Below are positions 19,212 to 29,355 of a stretch of DNA of 64,000 bases, piece after piece. The stretch spans positions 2,336,001-2,400,000 of the forward strand of contig OY781945.1 in NCBI GenBank assembly GCA_963677435.1. The letters are read 5' to 3'. Numbering within the stretch: the first letter of the stretch is position 1; every line of letters begins with the position of its first letter. A program made the position numbers and the translations under genes. Source of the stretch: an uncultured Aliarcobacter sp. GTDB lineage: Bacteria; Campylobacterota; Campylobacteria; Campylobacterales; Arcobacteraceae. The notes below the pieces were generated by a model that was given only the letters and a program-made list of their open reading frames with translations, searched no databases and had not been told where the DNA came from.

Positions 19212-21349
19212 TTTTGAAAGCATTTATTTTAAGCCTAATTTTAAATATTTCTCTACTTGCCTGCGCTGATGGTTGGGATTATAACGAAAAAGAGTTTGTA
19301 TTTTTACAACATAGAAATCAACCATTTTCAAATATTGCAGAAGAGATAAAATCTGCAAATGTTTATAATACAATTTATTGGAGTTATGAAAAAAACAATA
19401 AAGAAAAAAATATTCAAGAGTGGATGAAACAACTAAATAATAGTTTTTCTGCAAAACAGATTGAAGATTTTGTTTACAAAAGAAAAAACTTAGACTTGAT
19501 AAAAGACAAAGAAATTAAAGATTATTTGATTTTTGTAGGTGAACAAGAAAAACATGTAAGTGATGGATATTATTCAAAGGATGAACTAAAAAATCTAAAA
19601 GATTTTAATCTTTTAATAAAAGAAGCCGTGGCAAAAATAGATACAGTAAATTCACCATATTTAAAACTAAGATATTTTTATTTAGCACTAAGACTTGCGC
19701 ACTTTAAAAATCAAGAACCTTTGGCTTTATATGAAAAATATAAATATTTATTAGATTCAAAAGATAATACTATTGTAAAAGATTGGATTCAAGGTTTATA
19801 CGCAGGTGCTTTAGTAAAAAATGGACAAACTGTAAAAGGAGTTTATGAATTCACAAAATTATTTGATGAAAACAAAATAAACTGGCATTTAAGTTACTAC
19901 AATTTTCACCATATAAAAACAAATGAACAATGGAATGAATTACTAAAATTAGCCCAAAACAATGAAGAAAAAACAAAATTTTATGCCCTAAGAGCTTTAA
20001 ATGAAAATAGTAATGTACTTGAAGAGTTACAAAATATTTATACTATTGATAAAAACTCAAAATGGTTTGATTTCACACTTTACAGAGAGCTTTTAAATAC
20101 TCAACACTTTTTTGATCAAAATAATGAAATTGAAAGAAATTTTCCATTCAAAAAATATATAGATTATTTAAAAACAATAAATAAAGATGATATGTATTTA
20201 GTTAATTTATCTTTAGGATATTTTAATTTATATGAAAATAATTTTGCTGAAGCTTCAACTATTGAAAAAGATTTATTAAATAAATACCCAAATTCACATG
20301 AAGTTCAAACTTTTTCTTATATTTTATATCTGCAAAAATTAGAAAAAATTGACAGAGAAACTGAAAATATAATTTATGACAGAATGGAAAAACTAATCAA
20401 AGAGGAAACAACTTCAACTGCTATTCATGATTATACTTTTGTTGTATTAAAAAAACTATATCTAAAACAAAATGATAAATTTTATGCTTTTTTAGCTTCA
20501 AATATCAACTATTTAGATGAAGCTTCTTTTGATTTAGCCTTATTAGAAAAATTTAGAATTTTTATGCAAGAGCCAAAACAATCAAAAATTCAAGAACATT
20601 TTGCAAAAAAATATTTAGAACAAAATTTATTAAAAAAACAAAACAATCAATTTGTTTTAAATGATAATCTACAAGAAGCAAAAACAAAACTTCTAATAAA
20701 TAATCTAAAATTTGAAGAAGCTTTAGAGTTAAACTCTAATTATTTAAGCACTCTTGTTCAATTTAATCCTTTTAATGGATTAATTAGAGGAAATAACAGA
20801 AGTGGGAAACAAGATGTTATGAGTGTAAAAGAGTTTTTAGAAAAAACTATTTTAATAAAAAAAGAGATTGAAAAAAATCCAAATAGTGTAATGGATAACT
20901 ATCTTTTTGCCAACGCTTTATATAATCTTAGTTATTTTGGGAACTCAAATATTTTAACAACAGTTTATAGAAGTGTTTACTCTTTTAATGACAAAGATTT
21001 ACAAAAAGAAAAAATTGATTTAGCAATAAAATATTATACAAAAGCCCAAGAAGAAGCAAAAGAGAAAGAGTTTAAAGCCAAAATAACTTATATGCTTGCA
21101 AAAGCTGAATTAGCTTTATATGATATAAATTATTCAACAAAAACTCAGGATTATTACAACAAAGATTTAAGTAGATTTGAACTTGAGCGATATTGGTTTT
21201 ATAACAATGAAAAAGTTTATGACTCTTATATCAAAAACAATTACGGAAAATATTTTGATATATTAAAAAAAGATTATAGTAACACTAAATACTACAAAGA
21301 GATTATAAAAGAGTGTGCCAATCTTAGAATTTATCAAAAATCAAAATAA
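19208..21349 (+). CDS. Large exported alpha-helical (TPR-like) protein, possible lipoprotein
   Basis: 713 aa; signal peptide ending LLAC; repeated helical Y/L/A patterns; ATGA overlap with the upstream gene. Confidence 0.65.
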   Translation: MILKAFILSLILNISLLACADGWDYNEKEFVFLQHRNQPFSNIAEEIKSANVYNTIYWSYEKNNKEKNIQEWMKQLNNSFSAKQIEDFVYKRKNLDLIKDKEIKDYLIFVGEQEKHVSDGYYSKDELKNLKDFNLLIKEAVAKIDTVNSPYLKLRYFYLALRLAHFKNQEPLALYEKYKYLLDSKDNTIVKDWIQGLYAGALVKNGQTVKGVYEFTKLFDENKINWHLSYYNFHHIKTNEQWNELLKLAQNNEEKTKFYALRALNENSNVLEELQNIYTIDKNSKWFDFTLYRELLNTQHFFDQNNEIERNFPFKKYIDYLKTINKDDMYLVNLSLGYFNLYENNFAEASTIEKDLLNKYPNSHEVQTFSYILYLQKLEKIDRETENIIYDRMEKLIKEETTSTAIHDYTFVVLKKLYLKQNDKFYAFLASNINYLDEASFDLALLEKFRIFMQEPKQSKIQEHFAKKYLEQNLLKKQNNQFVLNDNLQEAKTKLLINNLKFEEALELNSNYLSTLVQFNPFNGLIRGNNRSGKQDVMSVKEFLEKTILIKKEIEKNPNSVMDNYLFANALYNLSYFGNSNILTTVYRSVYSFNDKDLQKEKIDLAIKYYTKAQEEAKEKEFKAKITYMLAKAELALYDINYSTKTQDYYNKDLSRFELERYWFYNNEKVYDSYIKNNYGKYFDILKKDYSNTKYYKEIIKECANLRIYQKSK

Positions 21350-21415
21350 ATAATTATAAGCAAGGTATTCAGGAATATTTGATAATATATTACTATAAAT
21401 AAACAAGGGAATTTA

Positions 21416-22162
21416 ATGCAATATTTTGGAACAATTGAAACTAAATATGAAGAGATTTTTTTAACGCAAAGTTATATGTATTTTAATGCAGAAGATGAAG
21501 AAATAACTGTTAAAGAATTAAAAGAAAAAATAAAAACAGCAAAAGATAGAAAAAAAAATATAATTGGAACTGTATTTTTATACAGTCCAATGGTAACTCC
21601 AGTGGGATTTGATTCAAATAAATATTTATTAGAGCAAGATTTTGAAGATTATGGAAAAATGATTGAACTAAAAGCAGAGGGATATATTACAGTTTTCAAA
21701 CAAGCTATGAGAGAACATTGTGCAGGGAAAATTGTAGAGATTAGAAATCTATTTAATCTAATAGAAAAAAGTATAGATATTCCTGTTTTATTAGAAAAAT
21801 TCAATAGTGATTTAGAGAGTTACAACTCTTTTCAAACAACACAATTTGACAGAGATATTATGTATTTAGATGCTGCAAATTTAATTCCAAGTGGAAAATT
21901 TGTATTTTTCTGTTGGGGAGATAAAATCAAAGAAAAAGAATTCCCATACATAAATGATTATGCAAGAGTACTTTATGAGAACAGTGTAAAATTAGGTAAA
22001 AAAGTAGTTTTTGTTTATAAAAAAGAGAAAACTCAACAAGGAGCTGTTGATTATCTACAATTTTCAAATCCTATGCAAAATTATAAATACAAAAATTCAA
22101 TAATAAATTCTATAAAAAAGGCTTTTGAAGAGTTTCCTCCGTCAATAACTCCATATGAATAA
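21416..22162 (+). CDS. Hypothetical protein (248 aa)
   Basis: ORF with AAGGGA RBS; weak resemblance to DUF1643-like motifs. Confidence 0.7.
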   Translation: MQYFGTIETKYEEIFLTQSYMYFNAEDEEITVKELKEKIKTAKDRKKNIIGTVFLYSPMVTPVGFDSNKYLLEQDFEDYGKMIELKAEGYITVFKQAMREHCAGKIVEIRNLFNLIEKSIDIPVLLEKFNSDLESYNSFQTTQFDRDIMYLDAANLIPSGKFVFFCWGDKIKEKEFPYINDYARVLYENSVKLGKKVVFVYKKEKTQQGAVDYLQFSNPMQNYKYKNSIINSIKKAFEEFPPSITPYE

Positions 22163-22173
22163 AAGGTAAAATT

Positions 22174-23427
22174 ATGTTTACACCAGATTTTTTAAAAAAA
22201 CAAAGAGTACTGTTTGTAGAAGATGAAGAGTTAGCTAGAGAAAAACTAGCAAAACTCTTAAGTAAACTTTTTAAAGAAGTTATTTTAGCATCAAATGGTC
22301 TTGAAGGTTTAGAAAAATTTGAAAAATCTAAAATAACAAATGAAAAAATTGATTTAATCATTTCTGATATTAATATGCCAATTATGAATGGCCTTGATAT
22401 GTTAGAAAAGATTAGAGAAATCGATTATTTTATTCCTGCAATTTTTACAACTGCTAGAAGTGAAACTGATAATTTAGTACGAGCTATCGACTTAAATGTA
22501 AGTAACTATATTATTAAGCCCATTGACACAACAATACTTGTAAGAAAAATAACAGAAGTTTGTGAAAAAAGCTTTTTTGAAACAGAACTTCAAGATAAAC
22601 AAAAAGAACTTCAAAAATATTTAGATGCAGTTGATAGTGTAGCTCTAATTTTCAAAATGGATGGAGATGGGAATATCACTTTTGCAAATAAAAGTCTACT
22701 AGAAGCTTCAAAGTATACTCTTGAAGAGTTAAAAGAGCTAGGATTTAAAGGTTTAATTCATCCTGATATTCCTAAAGATTATATTGAAGAAACATGGAAA
22801 ATTCTAAAAAATGATGAACCATGGTCAGGAAATACAAAATTTCTTGCAAAAGATAATGAAATTTTTTATCTAAAAAATACAATCTTTAGTCTTAAAATTA
22901 ATGATCAAATAGAATATATTACTATTGGATTTTCAACAACTAAAGAGAATATTGAAAAAAGAGAGTTTCAAAAAAAAGTTATAAAAACAATTCAAGAATT
23001 TAATAAAAAAGAGTTTACTTATAAAAAATCTCTTCATGATTTAAGTGAACAAATTAGTCAACTTGAATCATATATAAGAAGATTAGAAGATGAATTAGAA
23101 GATCAAAAAGCAAAAACTGCAAATAGACAAAGACAACTCGATCATTATGAAATGCAAATGCATAATGTAGATGAAAAATATTATGGAACTATGACTGTAA
23201 AAGCAAAAGAAGCAGAAGAATATGCAAGAACGCTTGCGATGATAAAACAAGAAAAAAATCTAATTGCAGAGAAATATAAAGAAGCAAATGAAGAAATAGT
23301 TGCAACAAAAAAAGAGTTGGCACTTTTAATGAAAACAAATGAGGAAAAAATTAAAAAGATTTATGACTTAACAGATGTAATTAAATCACTTGAGATAAGA
23401 ATCAAAGATTTACTTGAAGTAAAATAA
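22174..23427 (+). CDS. Response regulator: REC + PAS + long coiled coil
   Basis: LFVEDE, ISDINMP, KP; PAS motifs ITFAN..HPD..WSG; C-terminal heptad-rich coil with no recognisable output domain. Confidence 0.88.
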   Translation: MFTPDFLKKQRVLFVEDEELAREKLAKLLSKLFKEVILASNGLEGLEKFEKSKITNEKIDLIISDINMPIMNGLDMLEKIREIDYFIPAIFTTARSETDNLVRAIDLNVSNYIIKPIDTTILVRKITEVCEKSFFETELQDKQKELQKYLDAVDSVALIFKMDGDGNITFANKSLLEASKYTLEELKELGFKGLIHPDIPKDYIEETWKILKNDEPWSGNTKFLAKDNEIFYLKNTIFSLKINDQIEYITIGFSTTKENIEKREFQKKVIKTIQEFNKKEFTYKKSLHDLSEQISQLESYIRRLEDELEDQKAKTANRQRQLDHYEMQMHNVDEKYYGTMTVKAKEAEEYARTLAMIKQEKNLIAEKYKEANEEIVATKKELALLMKTNEEKIKKIYDLTDVIKSLEIRIKDLLEVK

Positions 23428-23428
23428 A

Positions 23429-23456
23429 ATTTCAAACAACTACAGTTGTTTGAAAT
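23429..23456. terminator. Bidirectional hairpin/terminator between convergent genes
   Basis: ATTTCAAACAACT-AC-AGTTGTTTGAAAT inverted repeat. Confidence 0.7.
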
Positions 23457-23469
23457 AATATCTATAGCT

Positions 23470-24057
23470 TTATATTAAAGCTTCTATCCATGAAACCACT
23501 TGATTTAAACTCTCTTTATCTTTTCTTGAAATAAATACTGAGGGTTTATTTTTTCTATTATTTGAAACATCACTTCTCATAAGCTCTAAATCAACATCCA
23601 CATATGGTGCCAAGTCTATTTTATTTACCACAAGTAAATCTGAGAAAAGCAATCCTGCACCCTTTTTTCGAGGAATATCTGCACCTTGAGCCACATCGAT
23701 AATATACATATAATAATCTATCAATTCATAAGAAAAAGTAGCACTTAAATTATCTCCACCACTTTCCACAAAAACAATATCTGGATTGAACTTTTCTTCA
23801 AGCTCAATCACAGCTCGCTGATTCATAGAAATATCATCTCTAATTGCAGTATGAGGACAACCACCAGTTTCAACTCCTATGATTCTATTTTCATCTAAAT
23901 CAAGGTGTTGTTTTAGATAGTTTGCATCTTCTGTTGTATAAATATCATTTGTTACAATTCCTAAAGAGTATTTATCTTTTAGAATATTTGTTAAGCTTTC
24001 AATTAAAGAAGTTTTTCCACTTCCAACTGGTCCTGCTATTCCTATTTTTAGTGCCAT
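23470..24057 (-). CDS. ureG: Urease accessory GTPase UreG
   Basis: GPVGSGKT, TNDIYT, ETGGCPHTAIRDD, VESGGDNL, NKID. Confidence 0.97.
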   Translation of the reverse strand: MALKIGIAGPVGSGKTSLIESLTNILKDKYSLGIVTNDIYTTEDANYLKQHLDLDENRIIGVETGGCPHTAIRDDISMNQRAVIELEEKFNPDIVFVESGGDNLSATFSYELIDYYMYIIDVAQGADIPRKKGAGLLFSDLLVVNKIDLAPYVDVDLELMRSDVSNNRKNKPSVFISRKDKESLNQVVSWIEALI

Positions 24058-24102
24058 TCATTACTCCTTTTTTCCCTAATTTAATTTTTTCATAATAAGA
24101 GA

Positions 24103-24182
24103 TTTTGTTTTATTTCAAGGCGATAAGTTAGGAGTTTACTATTAGTAAATGACTAAATTCTCAACGAAGAAATAAGACAAAA
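24103..24182. repeat. Structured palindromic intergenic element (80 bp) between ureF and ureG
   Basis: Terminal arms TTTTGTTTTATTTC / GAAATAAGACAAAA (1 mismatch), with inner hairpin TTTACT-ATT-AGTAAA. Confidence 0.65.
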
Positions 24183-24188
24183 GAATTA

Positions 24189-24878
24189 TTATGTTGTGAA
24201 CATTTTGGGTTCTAAATTTTTGTGAGAGAATATAATTTCTTCAAATAGTGGATTAAAATTTGTGATTTTATTCCCTATATTTTTAAAATCAAAATCTTCT
24301 AAAATCTCATCAAACTCAAACAACATTTGTTGTATTTGTGAGGGTTTTATTCTTGATATTTTAAGTGTTGTTGCTGCTATATTTATAAGATTCTTTTTCG
24401 TCCACATCACGATAAAATCTTCCATACAAATATCTAAATCATAGGCATAAGCACTTAAAACTATTATCTCATTTGATTCACTTTTTTTTTCTTCTATGGC
24501 TTGAAAATACTCTTTTACAATATCTTTTGAAGCTAGATTTTTTATTTGGGCAAAATAGTTATCTCCCATATTTTTAGAAGCTTTTGCATACTCAAAAGTA
24601 AGATACGAAGCATATTGATTATCAAGTTTTTTTACTAAATTTAATCTATTATTTTCTAAAGCTTCATAAACTTTTTTTATATAAACGAACTCCATTTTTG
24701 AGTATTGGTCAATGATTAGATTTTTTAGATAAATTTTTAAACCATCTATATCTTTTACATTTTCTTTTATAATATGTGGTTCAAGTCCAAAAGAGTGCAC
24801 AAAAACACCTGAGGGAAATGTTCCATCAAGTATTTGTAAAAATCTGCTTAGGCTTTTTAGCTTTGTTCTTTTTTGCAT
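24189..24878 (-). CDS. ureF: Urease accessory protein UreF
   Basis: LQILDGTFPSGVFVHSFGLE N-terminal motif and C-terminal H....KMFTT. Start uncertain (24878 or 24905). Confidence 0.9.
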   Translation of the reverse strand: MQKRTKLKSLSRFLQILDGTFPSGVFVHSFGLEPHIIKENVKDIDGLKIYLKNLIIDQYSKMEFVYIKKVYEALENNRLNLVKKLDNQYASYLTFEYAKASKNMGDNYFAQIKNLASKDIVKEYFQAIEEKKSESNEIIVLSAYAYDLDICMEDFIVMWTKKNLINIAATTLKISRIKPSQIQQMLFEFDEILEDFDFKNIGNKITNFNPLFEEIIFSHKNLEPKMFTT

Positions 24879-24879
24879 T

Positions 24880-25326
24880 TTAGTGGCTGTGGTGTGCTTT
24901 ACCATTTGGTTTAAAGTAGCCTTTTGTTTTCTCACACTTTACAGCTGTGTTTGCATAACAATCTTTGATAATATCACTTAACGAAATATCATCTAAAACA
25001 ATGATTTTAAACTCTTCAATCATCACTGGTTGGTGCCTATTTCCAATTTCATAAGCAGTTTTTGCAAATGATAAAGCATCGCTAAACTCTAAAGTAAAAA
25101 TCTCATCTTCACTTCTTTTTACTTTTATGGTATAACCATCTTCACAAACTAAAACATCATTTTCATGCAGATGTGTAAACTTAGCTTTAACTACTAAATT
25201 CACACCTTTTTTACTAACAGCAGTTAAGTTTGGTTTTTGCATATCAAACCAAGAGAGTTCAACCTCATCACTTGTTTCAATATCTTTTTTTATCTCTATT
25301 ACTTTTTTTATTACGCTAAATGTCAA
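24880..25326 (-). CDS. ureE: Urease accessory nickel chaperone UreE
   Basis: AYEIGNRHQP motif and C-terminal HHSH. Confidence 0.92.
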   Translation of the reverse strand: MTFSVIKKVIEIKKDIETSDEVELSWFDMQKPNLTAVSKKGVNLVVKAKFTHLHENDVLVCEDGYTIKVKRSEDEIFTLEFSDALSFAKTAYEIGNRHQPVMIEEFKIIVLDDISLSDIIKDCYANTAVKCEKTKGYFKPNGKAHHSH

Positions 25327-25335
25327 AATGATTCC

Positions 25336-27039
25336 TTAAAACATAAAATATTTTTTAGCCATTGGAACTACTGATACATAGTTTGACTCTATTAGTTCAC
25401 CGTTTACAGTTACATCATAAGTTTCTGGATCTACTTTTATATCTCCTATAAAGTCATTTAACTTCATATCTTTTTTACCTATATTTCTTGTGTTTTTAAC
25501 AGCTAACATTGATTTACTGATTCCAAGTTTTACATCTAAATCATCTTCAAGAGCTACTTTTGAAGTGAATATTACACTTGTTTTTGCACTTGCTTTTCCT
25601 AAACTTCCAAACATTTTTCTATACATACTTGGTTCTGGTGTTGGAATTGAAGCATTTGAATCACCCATTAAAGCAAGGGCTATAAATCCACCTTTAATGA
25701 TGATTTCTGGTTTTACTCCAAAAAATGCCCTATTCCATAAAACTAAATCGGCCATTTTCCCAACTTCTACACTTCCTACATATTCATCAATTCCGGAAGC
25801 AATTGCTGGATTTATTGTATATTTTGCGATATATCTTTTGATTCTATTGTTATCACTTTTTTCATCATCACCAGCTAAGATTCCTCGTTGTTGTTTCATA
25901 GAGTCTGCAACTTGCCATGTTCGTATTAGAACTTCACCAACTCTTCCCATTGCTTGTGAATCTGAACTTGTGATTGAAATTGCACCCATATCATGTAGTA
26001 CATCTTCAGCTGCTATTGTTTTTCCTCTGATTCTTGATTCTGCAAAACTTACATCTTCTGGTATTTTTGGACTTAAATGGTGACAAACCATAAGCATATC
26101 AAGATGTTCTTCTATTGTGTTTTTTGTATATGGTAAAGTAGGATTCGTACTAGATGGAAGTACATTTGCCATACCTGCTACTTTTATAATATCAGGGGCA
26201 TGTCCACCACCTGCTCCTTCACTATGGAAAGTGTGAATTGTTCTATCTTTAAAAGAGCCAACAGTTGTTTCCACAAATCCAGATTCATTTAGTGTATCTG
26301 TATGAATTGCAACTTGGACATCATACTTATCTGCTACACTTAAACAAGTATCTATAGCATTTGGAGTACTTCCCCAATCCTCGTGGAGTTTAAGCCCCAT
26401 TGCTCCTGCTTTTATCTGAACTTCTAAAGCCTCTTTTGATGAACTATTTCCTTTTCCCATAAATCCAAAGTTTAGAGGTAAATCATCCACACTTTGAATC
26501 ATTTTTGCTATGTTCCAAGCCCCTGGTGTACAAGTTGTAGCATTTGTTCCAGTGTTTGGTCCAGTTCCTCCACCAATCATGGTAGTAATTCCACTAGCTA
26601 GGGCTTCATCAATTTGACCTGGACTTATAAAGTGAATGTGAGTGTCAATTGCTCCAGCTGTGATGATTTTTCCCTCAGCTGAAAGTATTTCAGTATTTGC
26701 TCCAATTTCTAAGCCATGGGTTATTCCATCACATAGATTTGGATTTCCTGATTTTCCAATGGCGCTGATTTTGCCATCTTTGATTCCAATATCAGCTTTG
26801 TAAATACCTGTGTAGTCAATGATTATTGCATTTGTGATAATCAAATCAGCCACTTCAACAGCAGTTGGACTTTGAGCCATTCCATCTCTTATAGTTTTTC
26901 CCCCACCAAACTTACTCTCTTCACCGTAAGTTGTGTAATCTTTTTCAATTTTTGCGATTAATGAAGTATCGGCAAGTCTAAATCTATCACCAACTGTTGG
27001 TCCATACATTGAAGCATATTTTTCTTTTGACATCTTCAT
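25336..27039 (-). CDS. ureC: Urease large (alpha) catalytic subunit (ureB in Helicobacter nomenclature)
   Basis: [44 protein letters not shown]. Confidence 0.98.
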   Translation of the reverse strand: MKMSKEKYASMYGPTVGDRFRLADTSLIAKIEKDYTTYGEESKFGGGKTIRDGMAQSPTAVEVADLIITNAIIIDYTGIYKADIGIKDGKISAIGKSGNPNLCDGITHGLEIGANTEILSAEGKIITAGAIDTHIHFISPGQIDEALASGITTMIGGGTGPNTGTNATTCTPGAWNIAKMIQSVDDLPLNFGFMGKGNSSSKEALEVQIKAGAMGLKLHEDWGSTPNAIDTCLSVADKYDVQVAIHTDTLNESGFVETTVGSFKDRTIHTFHSEGAGGGHAPDIIKVAGMANVLPSSTNPTLPYTKNTIEEHLDMLMVCHHLSPKIPEDVSFAESRIRGKTIAAEDVLHDMGAISITSSDSQAMGRVGEVLIRTWQVADSMKQQRGILAGDDEKSDNNRIKRYIAKYTINPAIASGIDEYVGSVEVGKMADLVLWNRAFFGVKPEIIIKGGFIALALMGDSNASIPTPEPSMYRKMFGSLGKASAKTSVIFTSKVALEDDLDVKLGISKSMLAVKNTRNIGKKDMKLNDFIGDIKVDPETYDVTVNGELIESNYVSVVPMAKKYFMF

Positions 27040-27040
27040 C

Positions 27041-27718
27041 TTATACTCCTAAAAACTTATTTAGATTTTCCATTGCTTTGGCTTTTACATTCTCATCATC
27101 TAAAAAGCCCTCAACCAAACCATTAAATCCACTCACATATCTTCGCCCACTAAAATCTATTAAGTTAATACTTTTTATAGAACCTGGTTCAAATCGTACA
27201 GAAGTTCCAGCTGCAACATCAAGTCTTTTTCCATAAGCTTGACTTCTATCAAAATCTAAAGCACTATTTACTTCAAAGAAGTGATAATGTGAACCAATTT
27301 GTACTGGCCTATCACCTTTGTTTTCCACTTCAATAGTAATTATTTGTTTATTTGCATTTAGTTCTATTTCACCCTCATCTATTAAATAAGCGCCTGGTAA
27401 ATCTGAACTGTTTTTATAAGGGATTGGATTGTGAACAGTAACAAGTTTTGTACCATCATCAAAAGTAGCTTCAACTTGAACCATGTGCATCATGGAAGCC
27501 ACTCCATCCATAACATGCTCCTCTTTTAAAACTTTTGTAGCATCAACCATAAGTTGAGCAACACTTTTTCCATCCCTTGCACCCTCAATAATATATGAGC
27601 TCAAAATTGCTGTAGCTTCTGGGAAGTTTAGTTTTAAACCTCTATTTTTTCTCTCATTTGCTAAGAGAGAAGCTGTATAAAGCATTAGTTTTTCTTGTTC
27701 ACGATTTGTAAGAAACAT
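27041..27718 (-). CDS. ureA: Urease small subunit, fused gamma/beta
   Basis: [11 protein letters not shown]...[18 protein letters not shown] (gamma) fused to [16 protein letters not shown]...[10 protein letters not shown] (beta). ATG 27718 after AAGGAG. Confidence 0.96.
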   Translation of the reverse strand: MFLTNREQEKLMLYTASLLANERKNRGLKLNFPEATAILSSYIIEGARDGKSVAQLMVDATKVLKEEHVMDGVASMMHMVQVEATFDDGTKLVTVHNPIPYKNSSDLPGAYLIDEGEIELNANKQIITIEVENKGDRPVQIGSHYHFFEVNSALDFDRSQAYGKRLDVAAGTSVRFEPGSIKSINLIDFSGRRYVSGFNGLVEGFLDDENVKAKAMENLNKFLGV

Positions 27719-27829
27719 CCTATTATCTCCTTTTAAAATTATTATATATATCAAAAATTTCAGTATTAGTTTATCAAATTTAAAACGATTATTATTTTTG
27801 CACCTGTATATTTATTAAGCATATAATTT

Positions 27830-28342
27830 CTACTTTAATATTTCTATATCTTCACTTAGTTCTAACTCTATACAATCAACAACTTTATTTTCACTCTTTC
27901 CCAAATCACTTCTATCTATTACAATAAATTGTTCATTATCTTCTAAACTAATTAAAGGGAAATGCCAGATTGCTTTTTTGTAAAAAACACCTTGATTTCC
28001 ATTTGTTTTAAAAACTTTTAATGTATCTAAATCAGGTTTTTCATCACCAAGGGCAACTACCAATAAAAATGGTTTTGTACTTCTTGGCATAAATGTTTGT
28101 GAGAAATATGGATGTTTTTCCATCATATTTATTTTTAAAGGAAACTCTCTTTTTTTACCAACATATAAATGAAAAGTAGCAACGCCTCCAAAATCATTAC
28201 AATCCATATTACATAGATTATAATGTTTATTGGCAAAACCATTATTTATAACAATTGATTCACTTTGCTCTACACTTAACACTTTTCCATATGCTTCAAA
28301 ATTTTCACAAGTTAAAACAATAGGTTTTAAAACTTTTTTCAT
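27830..28342 (-). CDS. allA: Ureidoglycolate lyase
   Basis: LTCENFEAYG, MEKHPYFSQTFMP, VVALG, QGVFY..IWHFPL, FIVIDR; downstream of allantoicase. Confidence 0.9.
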   Translation of the reverse strand: MKKVLKPIVLTCENFEAYGKVLSVEQSESIVINNGFANKHYNLCNMDCNDFGGVATFHLYVGKKREFPLKINMMEKHPYFSQTFMPRSTKPFLLVVALGDEKPDLDTLKVFKTNGNQGVFYKKAIWHFPLISLEDNEQFIVIDRSDLGKSENKVVDCIELELSEDIEILK

Positions 28343-28344
28343 AC

Positions 28345-29343
28345 TTATTTTCCAAGCTCTTCAACTCTTATAAATTTCCCAAATAGTTTTAATCTTGAAA
28401 CTCCACCATCAGGGAAAATATTGATTCTTATGTGAGTAATTGGTTTTTTATGAAGTAAAAAAGTCTCATCAAAATAGTGTTTATTATCCATTGTTAATTT
28501 TTGTTTTGAGATTAACTCTTCCCAAAACATACTTTGCGTAATTACTGAATTATCTGTTGTATTTTCTAAATATGCCGTACAAATAGAAAAAGAATCTGCA
28601 AAATTTCCTTTGAAAAACTTTGTATCAATCATAATATTATCAATAATTGCTGGTTTTGCAAGTTCAATAATTCCCCAGTCAAATCCTGGTTCTCTTCTTC
28701 TTCTTGTTTCCCAACCATCACCCATATTTAAAGCGTCTTCATCTTTTAAAATATTTTTTAATGCTCCGTAAAATTCATTGTTTGTATAAACATCTCTTGC
28801 TCCATTTCTCATAGAAATAACATTTATATTTTCTTCTTTATAAAGTTTTTCATCAAAACAAATTTCACCAAAGGCCTTAAATCTTGCAATTCCTCCATCT
28901 GGAAAAATATCAACTTTTAGATGTGTAACTTCACTTTTAAAACTTGAATCAAAAGTATGTTTATTATCTCCTTGTAAATCACTTTGAGCTAAAAGTTCAA
29001 AACTTTCCAAGCTTTCATATTTTTCTAAAAATTCTTCATCTTTCATATCTTTTGCATTATATGCTTTAATAGAAATAGCTAAGGGATAATTTCCTCTAAA
29101 AAAAGATGTATCAACTAAAAAAGAGTTGATTTTAGACATGGTTCCTAGTTTAATAATGCAATAGTCATTTCCACCATTTCTTCGTCTTCGTGTCTCCCAA
29201 CCATCCATCCAATGTCCATTTTCATCAAACTCTTCTTTGAATACAGCTTCACTTTCTTGAAGCATTCTATCTGCACTTGCAAAAAATTCATCAGTTGTAA
29301 AAATTACTTTACTTCCAAGTTCAAAACTTGCTACATTTATCAT
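28345..29343 (-). CDS. alc: Allantoicase
   Basis: Two allantoicase repeats: DGWETRRRR, DT.FF.GN, IFPDGG(I/V).R, each present twice. Confidence 0.96.
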   Translation of the reverse strand: MINVASFELGSKVIFTTDEFFASADRMLQESEAVFKEEFDENGHWMDGWETRRRRNGGNDYCIIKLGTMSKINSFLVDTSFFRGNYPLAISIKAYNAKDMKDEEFLEKYESLESFELLAQSDLQGDNKHTFDSSFKSEVTHLKVDIFPDGGIARFKAFGEICFDEKLYKEENINVISMRNGARDVYTNNEFYGALKNILKDEDALNMGDGWETRRRREPGFDWGIIELAKPAIIDNIMIDTKFFKGNFADSFSICTAYLENTTDNSVITQSMFWEELISKQKLTMDNKHYFDETFLLHKKPITHIRINIFPDGGVSRLKLFGKFIRVEELGK

Positions 29344-29355
29344 TATTTTTCCTTA

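Noticed and set aside
16632..21349. Anti-phage system built on the UvrD-like helicase
   Set aside because: No nuclease or ATPase partner; the downstream genes encode exported proteins, which does not fit known helicase defence pairs.
25490..26083. 197-aa plus-strand ORF, and similar antisense ORFs such as 1943-2149, 39078-39647 and 55982-56320
   Set aside because: They lie antisense within well-supported genes (ureC, RND, urtC, pstA), have no RBS or family motifs, and reflect codon-bias shadows.
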